NCBI GenBank assembly: GCA_017499595.2
Contig: CM039007.1
Location: 1,488,001-1,552,000, forward strand
From: Psilocybe cubensis
Taxonomy: Eukaryota
Direction of reading: 5' to 3'
Length of the DNA stretch: 64,000 bases
Below the pieces are notes generated by a model that saw only the letters and a list, made by a program, of their open reading frames with translations, ran no database searches and had not been told where the DNA came from. Every line of letters begins with the position of its first letter. Position 1 is the stretch's first letter. Of this stretch, positions 1-11,815 are shown piece by piece. The position numbers and the translations under genes were made by a program.

Positions 1-3000
1 GAAGCTGAATAAAGGCGAGCATCTGTTCAAAGGCCCCGATCGCGATGTCGAGCCGTATTTGCTCATTCTCAAGCCCGATACGCTCTCGCTGCTTACGATC
101 CTTGAGGTGATCAGGCTGCATGGCAGCGGAGGCGTTATCAACGGCATGAAAACCGCGCGCGCGATCATCTCCGTTGGTAAAGCCGTCGAGGGCGAGCACA
201 AGTCGCAGATCTGCAAAAAGACCAATATTCCTATTCCCCCGCAGACACAGCAGAGGTTCAACAATGTGTTTACGCCGAAGGGGTACCAGGCCTTGTTTCA
301 GCGCCGGATTGCTGCTGCGCAGACGGCGACGGATAATGAGGGCTGGTCGGCCGCATGGAGTCAGGCGCTGCGAGCTAAAGTCGGTTCTGTTCTCGTCGAT
401 CGTTTGATCGCTGTTGCAGAAGTCCCAATGGAGAAAATCGACCCTCATACCGGTGACAAATTGTACGTCTCCGTACTATTTCCATACCGTTTTCATTTTT
501 TTTTACTGATACTTTTTTCTCTTTGAAGGGTTGAATCGCATCCTGCGTTTTACCAATCTTACGAATATGTTCGTGGACAAAAGTTGGGTGTTATCAAGTT
601 GCACAACAGGGTTGTGGAACGATTGGCCCAGGACAATTTGCATCGAACCATCCATCCGCGCCATCTTCCCATGCTTGTGAAACCCAGACCATGGATAGAC
701 TACAACAACGGCGCCTACCTCATCAACAAAAGTAAGCATCCACTACAGCTGATACATATCATAACCTAATCTAACATCGTGCCTTTTTCTACTTCCAGGC
801 TACGCCATGCGGTTCAAAGAATCGATGGAACAAGAATCGTACATCAAAGCCGCCACGGAACAAGGAAACCTCGAGCTCGTCTACGCCGGGCTTGATATCC
901 TAGGCAGCACACCGTGGCGGGTGAACAAGGACATCTTCGATTCGGTGATCAAGGTGTGGAACACGGGAGAACGGATGGGCAAGATCCCGCCTGCGTCGTA
1001 TGAGGAGCCTGAGCCGGTGCTTGCGCCGGAGCTCGCGAAGGATCTGCAGGCGCGCAGTCATCATATTGTGCGACACCGCGCGTGGGCGCAGGAGCAGGCG
1101 AACAATCACTCGGATAGGTGTAGTGTTAATTATAGGCTGGAGATTGCAAAAGCTGTAAGCTTTTATTTTTATTTTATTTTATCTCGGTATCTGACTCGTT
1201 TTACTGATTGTTTTTTTCTTTTGTGGTATGTAGTTCTTGCAGGATGTGTTCTATCTACCGCACAACTTGGACTTCCGCGGGCGCGCGTACCCGATCCCGC
1301 CGCATCTGAACCATATGGGCGACGATCTCTCGCGGGCGTTGATGATGTTCGCCCATGCGAAGCCGCTGGGCGTACGTGGGCTTCGCTGGCTCAAGATCCA
1401 CGCGGCGAATCTGTTCGGGTACGATAAAGCCCGGTTCGACGAGCGTGTTGAGTGGGCTGAGGAGCACTTTGAGCAAATGCGGGAGGCGGCGAAGAACCCG
1501 CTCGATGTACGTATTCTTTTTTGTCAACTTGCATTTTTTCTCATTTTTTTTGTTGTTGTTGATGATGATTAGGGTTCGAGATGGTGGCAAAAGGCAGACG
1601 ACCCCTGGCAATTCCTCGCGGCGTGCATAGAGCTCACCAAGGCACACGAGCTGGAGGACCCGACGACGTACATGTGTGCGCTACCGGTGCACCAGGACGG
1701 GACGTGTAATGGGCTGCAGCACTACGCGGCGCTGGGCGGAGACACACAGGGCGCGGAGCAGGTCAATCTCGCTGCGGCGGATAAGCCGTCGGATGTGTAT
1801 ACGTTTATTAGTTTGAGAGTGCAGGCTGCTATTGATAAAGATGCGGATAATGGGGTTGATATTGCGAGGATATTGAAGGATAAGATTACGCGAAAGGTCG
1901 TCAAGCAGACGGTTAGTATTATTTTTTTAAAACAATCTCCTGTGATTATCTTTGTTGAGCTCGTCTTTAGGTCATGACGACTGTGTACGGTGTAACGTTC
2001 ATCGGCGCGCGCGAGCAAATTGAGAAACAGCTCCGGGACCGTACAGACCTGCCCAAAGAAATCTGCTGGCAAGCCGCATCCTACATCGCCAAGCAGCTTC
2101 TCTCCACCATCGGAGACACATTCAAAGGCGCGAAGGGGATCCAGGACTGGCTGAACCTGTGCGCGCGGCTGATCTCGAAATCTGTGCCGGCGAGTCGGTT
2201 GGGTGTGGTGGTGGATGAGGTGGATGGGAAGAGGTATGCGACGCTTGGGAGGAAGGAGGTGAAGCGCGAGCAGATGACGAGTGTGATTTGGACGACGATG
2301 TTGGGGCTGCCGATTGTTCAGCCGTATAGGAAGATTTCGAGGAAGCAGATTAAGACGAGCATTCAGAGTGTGTATATTTCGGATCCGCATAGGAGCGAGG
2401 AAGGTGGGTGGTCTCTCTCTTTTTTTTTGTTGTTTTTTTTTTTTTTGAAAGTTGTTAACTTTTTTTTTTCGTATAGTCAATTCGCAGAAGCAAGCTACGG
2501 CTTTCCCTCCCAACTTTATTCACAGTCTGGATGCGACACACATGTTGCTGACTGCTATCAAATGCAATGTATGTTCTCTGTCTCTGTTTGCAGGTCTGAT
2601 TTTTTACTGAAATGTATGCTATAGGAACGCGGGCTGACGTTCGCGTCGATCCACGACTCGTACTGGACGCACGCGTGTGATATCGATACCATGTCCGAAG
2701 CGATTCGAGAGACATTTATCAGTCTTCACCAGTCTGATATTCTGAACAAGCTGCAACACGAGGTAACGCCTTACTTGCTTCCTTCTCCCGTGCATAATCT
2801 CATCTTTTTTTTTTTTGCGCAGTTCCTCACGCGCTATGCGATGCACTATATCCCGGTGCATGAGCTGGTTTCGCGGCACAAGTCGCGGCCGTCGCTGCTT
2901 TTGGAGAAGCTGCACCATGCGGGGACGGTGGTGTATACGAGCGAGGAGGACGCGGGGCTGCTGAAGCCGTTGGGATCTCTTGTGGAGGTGACGGAGGATA

Positions 3001-3386
3001 GCAGCAAGTGGGCGAAGCTGATGGAGATGAGGAAGGCGGTTGCTGCTGAGGGCGAGGATGAGGATGCGGCGTTGGTGGCGGCGGCGCAGGAGGGGAAGAA
3101 GGTTAAGAAGGGTAAAGGAAAACCTAGGGGACGGCCGAAGAAGGCGGGGGCGGAGGATGGCGAGGGCGTTGTGGAGGATTTGGAGGACGACGAGGTGGAT
3201 GTTGCGTTGCGGGAGATGGAGAATGAAGAAGAGATGGAGTTGGACGATGAATTGGAGCAGATGTTGATGAATACTCGCGGGCAGGGCGGCGTCTATATTC
3301 GCCTCATCGATCTCATCCCGCCGCTGCCTGAAAAGGGCGACTTTGAGGTGGAGGCTATCAAGGCTTCACCGTATTTCTTCTCATGA
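1..3386 (+). CDS. RPO41: Mitochondrial DNA-directed RNA polymerase (T7-like single subunit), 5'-truncated, multi-exon
   Basis: Motifs across exons: [92 protein letters not shown] and C-terminal SPYFFS. GT-AG introns join the ORF pieces; stop TGA ends at 3386. Confidence 0.97.
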
Positions 3387-3532
3387 TATGACATATACTT
3401 ACCTATCCCCTTCTCATCAAAATGTAGATTATTAGTAGTAGATTAGCTCCAGTAATTGTATTTTTTTATAATCTAGCTCTCGTCGGAATGCAATCACATT
3501 GAAAGCCAGCTTCTATCTGCTACATGATATGT

Positions 3533-4103
3533 CTAATGGTGGTGCACGGGCTTGGGGAGGTCCTCCTCGAGGAATGCGAGGAACGCATCGGCGCCTCCTG
3601 TGGATGCCTCCGTGGGCTCAGAGGCCTTGGTGGACGCGGTGGCGTCAGCGAGCGTGGGCTCAGTGGTAGCGTATGTGTTGAGCTCAGCGGCGAGGTCGGC
3701 GGGGAGGGCGGGGGCAACGGGGGCCGCGGGTGCGGTGAATTTCTTGACAGCACCAACGTGGGCGTCTTTAGCCTGTTATCCCAAGAAATAGGTGAATATA
3801 TGCGGTGAAAGTGGGAGAGGGAGACACACAGTGGGTGCGGGCTTGTATGCCTTGATCTCGCGGATGTACAGGTCCTGGACGAGGTCTGCGGGTGTATTCG
3901 GGTTAGAACGAGCGGGTGAGCTGGACGGTAAAGGGCCCTTGCTCACCCTTGCGGACGCCTGCGGAAACGGAGAACGCGCGTCTGGACGCTGTCTGTCTTG
4001 CCTGTATGCGCGTGTGGGTTGGGTTAGTAAGGGAGTGGGGGACAGAGGAATGAATGGGAAATTAACGCACGACGGACGCTGCCTGCCTGAGGATAGTCGA
4101 CAT
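3533..4103 (-). CDS. ATP14: Mitochondrial F1Fo ATP synthase subunit h
   Basis: Spliced product MSTILRQAASV...DLVQDLYIREIKAYKPAPT...KDAHVGAVKKFTAPAAPVAPALPADLAAELNTYA...FLEEDLPKPVHHH. DLVQDLYxxExKAYKP is the fungal subunit h signature; presequence-like N-terminus. Confidence 0.88.
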
Positions 4104-4290
4104 GGTGGTAGCAAAGAAAACTAGGGTAACGTGACGTGCTCCGTCACCGTCACGCTCGTCACCCAATGGCCACTCGGCCACGCCGTCACCGCGTCACCAC
4201 CCCCCCTGCAGAATTGCATCCGGGCAAAAGCTTCAGGAAGGGTTTTCTAATCTTGTTGTCAAACTACCACCATAAACACTCAATATCATC
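4104..4290. promoter_or_regulatory. Compact bidirectional promoter between ATP14 and INH1
   Basis: 187 bp between divergent ATGs. It holds a CCAAT box (~4163) and six CGTCAC/GTGACG hexamers (4131-4197). Confidence 0.6.
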
Positions 4291-4827
4291 ATGCTCTCTG
4301 CTGTTCGTCGTGTTCCCCGCGCCGTGTCTGTCTCCGCTAGACTCTATACTACCGGCCGCACTGAAGGCTCCGTTGCCCAGTCCAAGGGCTTCAAGTACGC
4401 ACGCGTGTTCACCCGATGTCTCTGATTTTTCTGATGCCCCCCTTCTTTACTTCCCTCTTTTGCGCTTTTGCAGCAAGAAGGAGAAGGCTCATGAAGGTCC
4501 GTTGTAGTTGCACTGCGGGCGTATGACCCACCGTGTCTCACCCACCCCCCTCCTTTGCAGACCAATTCGTCCATGCACATGAGATGGAGCAGCTCGCCAA
4601 GCTGAGAGCGCAGGTTAGTCTTCTTCGCTACTCATATGGTTCTCTCAGTTTGTTGATGTGATGGTCTGGTTTTTTGTAGATTCAGGCTAAGCAGCAGGAG
4701 ATCGTCCGTGTCCCGTGTCCATCTCTTTTGTCCACCGTGCCATTTCTAATGAGGCTGTTTACGCTCCTTCCAGGACTCGCTGCAAAAGGACGCCGACGCT
4801 ATCACCAACAAGACTCCCAAAGCTTGA
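4291..4827 (+). CDS. INH1: Mitochondrial ATPase inhibitor IF1 (IATP family), five short exons
   Basis: Spliced product MLSAVRRVPRAVSVSARLYTTGRTEGSVAQSKGF-x-KKEKAHEDQFVHAHEMEQLAKLRAQIQAKQQEIDSLQKDADAITNKTPKA*. It has a presequence, the F-x-K-K/R-E-x-A-x-E IF1 motif and a coiled-coil tail. Confidence 0.88.
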
Positions 4828-5082
4828 ATCAACGGATGAGTGCGCTGGGATCAGGTCAGTCGTAGTTCGTTTTTACTTTGCTAAGGATGGAACAAGCTGA
4901 TGAGGGATGTAGCTTTTCGTAGCTTTCTTATTGTCAATTGTCATTGTCACACCGTGTTTTGCTTTACAACGAAGAAATGTGAATGAATCTGAACATAGAC
5001 CTTTGCTTTTGCGTTGCTTCACTGGTTTCCCGTAAGCTTTCAGTACATCTACCTCCCTGGCCATTGTCAACTGCTGCGTACC

Positions 5083-5148
5083 TATTGGGCGATCCACTCT
5101 CTACCTCACGACCTTTATTGGGCGATCCACTCTCTACCTCACGACCTT
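5083..5148. repeat. Perfect 33 bp tandem duplication
   Basis: TATTGGGCGATCCACTCTCTACCTCACGACCTT occurs twice (5083-5115, 5116-5148). Confidence 0.95.
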
Positions 5149-6083
5149 TCTTCAGTTAGCCTTACGAGTGAGGACATGTGTCAGTTGTATCCTTAGACAC
5201 CTTCACTTGAGACGCGCGTACTCCGTCTGTTTGTCTGACTGTATGCGAACTCTGCATGGCCTCGACCGCGCATGGATCGAGACATGTGCTATGTTTGGAA
5301 CGAGGGCCTCGATGGTAAATTCAGTTGCCCCTAATCTAGCCCCCTTTCCGTATTTCTTCGAGTGCGTCGATGTATCTTTGGATGTAGATGTATTTATGTA
5401 GGGTATGTGTCGGGTGTATGGATACGAGAGAAATCGTGGCTCTTTTGGATAAGATAGTACATAGATACTGAGATACTCGGTCACGAGGATGAGTCGAGTT
5501 CGAACTTTGAAGGACGTGTGGTGGATTTCACTTTTCGCTTCCACAATTATCATCAACGTCAACATCAACGCTGGCTTTGTGCTGCGAACTTACCTTTTTT
5601 GCGTTTTTCGTTTTTCGCTGCAGCTGTATGACCTAATTCGATTTCGATCTATCAGAGAACCAGCCATCTCTGAATCCTCTCGTCGATCTCCATCTCGATC
5701 TCCATCTGCGTCCTTCCTCGCATCGTCGGATCGACATCTAAATTTCGATTGTACTCCGAGTCTACTACGTAAAAACGGTAGAAACGCGCAGTGTTTGATC
5801 TGGATTTAACAGCACGCTCACGGTGTAGAGTCTAACTGTGGATCGAGATACACGACTTGTGTGCATCTCTCTGCCAGTGGACTCTCAGGCTTTTTTTATT
5901 TTATTTTAACAGCGATTGAACTGGGCTAGGACTCTTGGACTTGGATTCGAAGGCTTGAAACTTGAAGCTTGAAGCTTGACTTCTACCTTTACCTCTGAGG
6001 CTACCTTGCCTGTTATTTTGACTGTAATCTTTGAACAATCGGATCTTCTTCCCCTTGAACATCCAAGGACTAACGACCCAACG

Positions 6084-9000
6084 ATGGCGGATTCAGAGAA
6101 GGACGATGCGAATCCTACTAGGTCCAGTGGTCCAGGGCTAAGTCTTGACGCTCTCGGTGCCCCCGTCCCCGTCCCCGTTCGCGTTCCCGTCCCCGTTCGC
6201 GTTCCCGTCCCCGTTCGCGTTCCCGTCCCCGTCGATTCCAGTGCATATGCGTCCGGATCGCAGATGGTAGTGGTACCCCAGCTACCGTCCGACGTGCTTG
6301 GCCGGATTGCGCAGTATGTCGTTGGGCCTGTTCTCGTTTGTGAGGGGGCTGGGGCGGAGTCAAGGTATTGGAGGGATGTGAGCGGTCGAGATCGAGGGGA
6401 TGGGGATGGGGATGGGGAGGGCGGTAGAAGCGAACGCGAACGCGAACACGAACACCGATACAAACACGAAGAACACGAATACGAATACGATTACAACCAC
6501 GAAGAATACGAATACGACTACACAACGCTCGCGCGCGTAGCACGCGTAAGTCGCGCGTTCCATTTGGCCGCTGCGAGATTGCTTTACGAGCGCGTTGTGC
6601 TGCACTTCCCCGATCCGGATTCGGATGTGGATTATGGAGGTGATCCTGATGGTGATGGTGATGGTGAAAGAGATGTTGTGTTCCCTGTGAGTGTTTACTT
6701 ATTTTCTCTGTCTTGCCTTGCCTGGCTGCGACCGTCACTACAAAAACTGTAACTAATTCACCAATACACGCGTTTTATTCATTTTTATTCGTGGTCGTTC
6801 TCGTGGTTGTGGTCATGGATAATTGATTACGCACGCAAAACACAGAGAAGATCGAATGTGAAGTCCGCACAGCTGCCGCAGTACGCGCCCTACGTCATCT
6901 CGCTCGTCCTCAGCGGTGCGTCGCCCTCCGCATCTTCTCCTCTTTCCCTCTTCATCGTTAACGATAATTCTACACACTCTTAATTCTAATTCTAATTCTA
7001 ATTCTAAATATAAATATAAATATTCCCTAGGCACCACCACCACCACCACCACCACCACCACCACCACAGCAGCACACAACCAACACACCAGTAGCACACC
7101 CGCACCCGCACCCGCACTCGCACTCGCACTAGAGCTCAAAGCATGCATACGCGCCTTCCCGAACCTCCGCCGCGTGCATCTGACCCCGCGGCGCTTCGCG
7201 CCGGAGCTGATAGACGCGGGTGTGCGTGCGCTGAGGGGGTGTAGGGTGGGGTTGGAGGTGTTGCGGGTCGAGGCGTCGTTTGCTGGCGTGGGTGCTGGTG
7301 GGGCGGAGCCTGGAGGAGGAGGGCCGTTTGGGTTAGGTGGGATCGTGGAAGAGGAGGAGGAGGAGGAGGAAGATGATGATGATGATGAAGGGGGGCAGCA
7401 AGAGGGAGGAGCTGATGCTGAGGAAGAAGATACAGACGCCGATGTGGATGTAGTGGATATACTGGTTGGCACAGAACACGACGCGCAAGGGAGAAGTGTG
7501 AGGGCGGTCGATACGACATGGTTGAAGGTGCTTGAACTGCGCAATCCTGGTCGACGGATTTTACAGGCGCTTCCGGTATGGCTGGAAAGGCTGGCTCCGC
7601 CGCTTGGCAAGTTGACCGAGTTGCATTTGACAGTAGGTTCTCTTTTCCTTCATTCTTTGTTCTTCTTCTCTCTTTATTCCCTTTTTTTTTGTTATGCTCG
7701 ACCTCGACTTCTTGCTTTTTTTTCTCTGCCAGTGATTGTACATCGGTTGTTGATTTTTTTCTATTGTATATTTTATTACAGGATAATTGTGGTTCAGTGA
7801 CACCAGGCGTGCTCAAAGCGATGACGCCACACACCGCTCGCTCGCTCAAGGCGCTCACACTGGGCCTATCATACTCGCTCAAAGACCAAGACGTCTTCGA
7901 GTTCATCTCGTCGCTCAAAGCGCTCGAGTGGCTAGAGCTGACATATCACTGGGCACGTATTCCCTCCTACATTTACACAACCTAGCAAAGACAAAGACTT
8001 ATGTTTTTTTTTCTTACCTTGCATCTTTTCAATTTTTCATTCTGGACATCTGGAAATAGCAACTCAGACCACCGCGCTTTCTACCCACGCTCCCTGCCTT
8101 GCGCGAGTTCACGGTATCGCATGTTGCCACCACCAGCACGGAAACGCGCGTGGACGTGGACAAGCTCGATAAGTGGATCCGGTGGATCGTCGGCGGCTCG
8201 GGGTGCGGGCTGCGTGAGCTCAGGATCAAGGGCGACGGCGACGGCGACGGCGATGGTACGCATTCAGCGAAAACGAGAGGGCCGTCGGTATCCCATGATG
8301 GACTGGTGGACCACGTCGTCAGTGTGCATGCGCGCACGCTGAGGGTGCTGGATCTCCTTAACGATCCGAGTTTATCCAGGAGAGGAGGCGGCGGAGGCGG
8401 AGCGGGGATGTGTATCCGGAAGAAGAAGATGGCGGTGCTTCTGCGAGGGTGTGCGGCTAGGCTTGAAGAGCTGAGGGTGAGAGTGTCCGAGCGGGCGTTT
8501 GTGAGTTCACTCATCTCTTTTTTTTTCGTGGGGTTTATTAATTGAATGGTGAATGTGGAATGGTATTCAATAACGGTGCACGTTATATTTTAAATGTACA
8601 GATGCTTTTTGCGGAACATCCATACGACCTAACAAAGATGAGATTTGCCGTGTTTGAAATATGCAACGCGCCCCGGTCACAGCGGCCTCGGTCCTCTTCG
8701 AAATCGAAATCGAAATCGTCGCAGACGCGCCCGAACCGTCTTTTCGCGGGTGGTGGTAGCGAGTCCGAGGTTGATGCACTAGCTACAAGCATTCTTCAGC
8801 GATACAGGCCGTCTTTGAGGAAGTTGGCGATTAACGGTGTGGTTTGGGAGGTGCGGCGCTTCTTACCCTTGTCATTCCTCTTCCTTGCAATCCCCTTTCC
8901 AAAAAGATCGTTATGTGTCATAGAAAAAAATGAAAAGCTGATGATATTTTTTCTCTTGCATCTAGGCGCAATGGGTTCCTGCAGAATCAGACAACTTTGA

Positions 9001-9091
9001 GGGTGCTGGTGATGGCGAAGGTGGACGTATTGTCGCTAAACGAGTCGAGGTTTTGGTGCCACCTTTGGATACACATGAACGAGGCCGTTGA
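6084..9091 (+). CDS. Hypothetical F-box-like / RNI-type LRR protein with many low-complexity insertions
   Basis: F-box-like segments LPSDVLGRIAQYV and TLARVARVSRAFHLAAARLLYERV; LRR-like segments FPNLRRVHL, LKVLELRN, LTELHL, LKALTLG, LEWLEL, LRELRI. Exons joined by GT-AG introns and one GC-AG intron; stop TGA at 9089-9091. Confidence 0.6.
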
Positions 9092-9684
9092 ATATAAAAT
9101 TCAGCAGAGTAACTGGATATATTTATTTTCTTGAGATGTCTGTCAGTGTAAGCCGTCCGTTTTCCTGTATCCGATCAAGTGGTCGTTAGCACCGCTCAAG
9201 ACTTTTTTTACCCCACAGATGTTTGAATAAGGTAATTTTACTGCTCCTTTAGGTAAGTTTTTGAATTCAAAGTTTCGGATGAAAGTGGTTTTGCGCGTAT
9301 CGTGAGATTTTCAGGCTGAATCTCGCATAAAATCTCAATAATTAACTCGCTACTATTCAAATCGCGAGGAGTTACGGTTAAATTTGTGGACAAATAAGGC
9401 AGACCTTAATTCAACTCTAAAGTCCTTTACCAAGCACTTAGAGCACAGAAAAGATGAATACAGAGTTGTCGAATTTAAAACGCTTGCAAGTGCACAAAAA
9501 TAATGGCCAAAAAATAAGATGCATTATCGTGAACATTGTAATGAATGAAAGTGCTAAAGACATGCGGGAGTGATTTACTTTGTCACATACTATACCGCTC
9601 TATAAGAAAATTATACAAGCTGCCTACCGCAGCGAAGAAAGAGAGGGGCCCAGATAATAATTATATCAGGTCTTTGCGCTTCAA

Positions 9685-11815
9685 TTAAGCGGCGGGAGCA
9701 GCGACAGCGTCACGGATGACTTGTTCGTGGCCACGAGAGCGTGGCCTGACTGAGGCCTGGAAGGGTTTGGGGACACTGTTTGGATTGTGCCGTCAGTACG
9801 AAGCAACAGTTTTTTCAAGATGTAGGAGAACGTACATGATGGCGGAGTTGACGTATTCGTGCGAGGGCTCAATGATGTTGCCCTTCTCGTCAACAGCCTT
9901 GGTGATATCGAAGACGGCAGCGAGCGAAGCGAGTGTGATCCAGACACCGGAGAAGGCGAGGTAGCGACCTGGGCAGACACTGAAAGTCATTGTATTTGGT
10001 TTAGTGGAAATGATCAAGGAGGAAGAAAATGGTAAGGGAATTACCGGCGTCCGAAGCCCCAGCAGGCGTGTCCGGGATCGCGAGCAGTCTTGTCGAGTTT
10101 GCCATCCTTGGTCAAGAAGCGGTCAGGGTTGAAGGTGAAGGGGTCCTTGTAGGTCTCTTCGTTGTGAAGCATAGCCCTTGAGGCAAAGTGAGCTTGAGCA
10201 TTTAACTACACAACCAATGACGATTGCTCACCATGAGTTAGCGATGACGATAGTTCCAGCCGGAATGCGGTAACCCTTGTACTCATCCTCTTCAATAAGA
10301 ACGTGGGGCAAGCCTATCAGACCAATGATCAGCATATTAATATACATGAAATGTAATTGTGACAAAGACGCACCAATAGGTCCAACATCTCTCCATCGAA
10401 GAGTCTCCATGGTCAAAGCGGTGATGTAGGGCAGAGAGTCGTAGTCGTTGAAGTCGGGGAGATGTCCAGGCTTGATGACACGGTCGAGTTCAGCCTGAGC
10501 TTTCTTAAGAGTCTCCGGGTATTCGAGGAAGGCCAAGATGCAAGATCCGACGGCAGAAAGAGTCTGTTTGACAGTTAGTCCTCGAAAATCTTCTTCGAAA
10601 ATTGAATTGTTCCTACAGTATCAGTTCCAGCTATAGGAAATCATCAGTTAATCGACACTCGCTCGCATTGCAGAGGGTTCATCCTTACCAGAGTACATGC
10701 TTCCGGCGGTGTCCTTGACGAGCTGTTCTTTGACGGGATCAGGCTTGCTGGGGTCCATGTCGTTCAAGTTAGCAGAGACGAAGCAGTGAGGCGAAGTTCC
10801 AGCAAGCTGAGGAAAAAGTTATTCAAATAATCTAATGTGATATGGGCTTTGGTTACATACCACGTTCTTCTTAGCTCCCTTGAAGGTGTAATCACGCATC
10901 TCGAAGGCGGCATCTCTCCAAATACGGGCTTTTGTCTGGAATCCAGCACCAGGGAACCATTCGGGAACATATTTCAACAGGGAGAAAGAGTCGACGAGGA
11001 AAGCGCCGGGAACAGCAGCTTCGGCAAAGCCCGCAAGTGACTGTTCAGCAACCTTGATGTAAGGATCGTTGTCGGCTAACACATCCAAACCGTAGGTAAT
11101 TGACAGAATGCCTTCTCCGGACATGCTATTCACGAGACGGGTGAGATAAAATCCGGTGCAGACAGAGACTAGGCACTCACTGACGAATGTTTCCCATAAT
11201 GTTCTCGGGATAGTCGAGGAAGCGTTTCAACAGGTTACGAGTGGCACGGAGCATGTGAGGCCTGAACAGAACGACAGCACCAGGGTGGAAGCTGTGATGC
11301 ATCAGACGACGGCAGTCGCGCCATTGTTGACCTAGTGAAAATTAGAAAAACCTGTTTAGCGCCCATGATGTATATAATCCAGCGATCACGAACCGTATTC
11401 CTTGAATCCGACAGCAAAGTCCCATCCCATCAATTCGTTAACCATAGGAAGGTGAGCACGACTGGAGTATTTTGATGACCTTCTTTCCAACAGCTCCATG
11501 GCAGCATCGTGAGTGTCCAAAACGACAATGTTTGTACCGACAACGTTAAGATAAATAATGTCGGTATCTTGGAAAGATGTAAGTATATCTAAGAGATGAC
11601 GAAATAAAAAACGCACTGTGCTCCTGAGATATCTTATGATAATCCTGCCATTCAGGCCTCGAAGGCATGTTGAACAGATTGCCAACAATCGGCTTCCTTG
11701 GAGGGCCAGGAGGAAGAGGCAAATGTGAATAAGGCCCCTTCTTGGACTTCCTGTAGTAGATCAAACCCAGGCTGCCCAAGGCAATCAGGATCGCGAGTGT
11801 GTCAAACTGAACCAT
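9685..11815 (-). CDS. Cytochrome P450 (agaricomycete CYP64-clan / CYP5144-like), multi-exon
   Basis: N-terminal TM followed by PPGPP; I-helix AGTDT on a ~14 nt microexon near 10618-10631; ETLRW (ExxR); FNPDRF; heme motif WGFGRRVCPG split by an intron; stop TAA at 9685-9687. Confidence 0.95.

Noticed and set aside
1-3386. T7-like polymerase as a phage or linear-plasmid gene
   Set aside because: Multiple spliceosomal introns and the nuclear gene context identify it as ordinary RPO41.
9685-11815. P450 resembles the family of psilocybin hydroxylase PsiH (e.g. MVNELMGW)
   Set aside because: The similarity is family-level only, and no decarboxylase, kinase or PsiM-type methyltransferase is adjacent, so this is not a psilocybin cluster.
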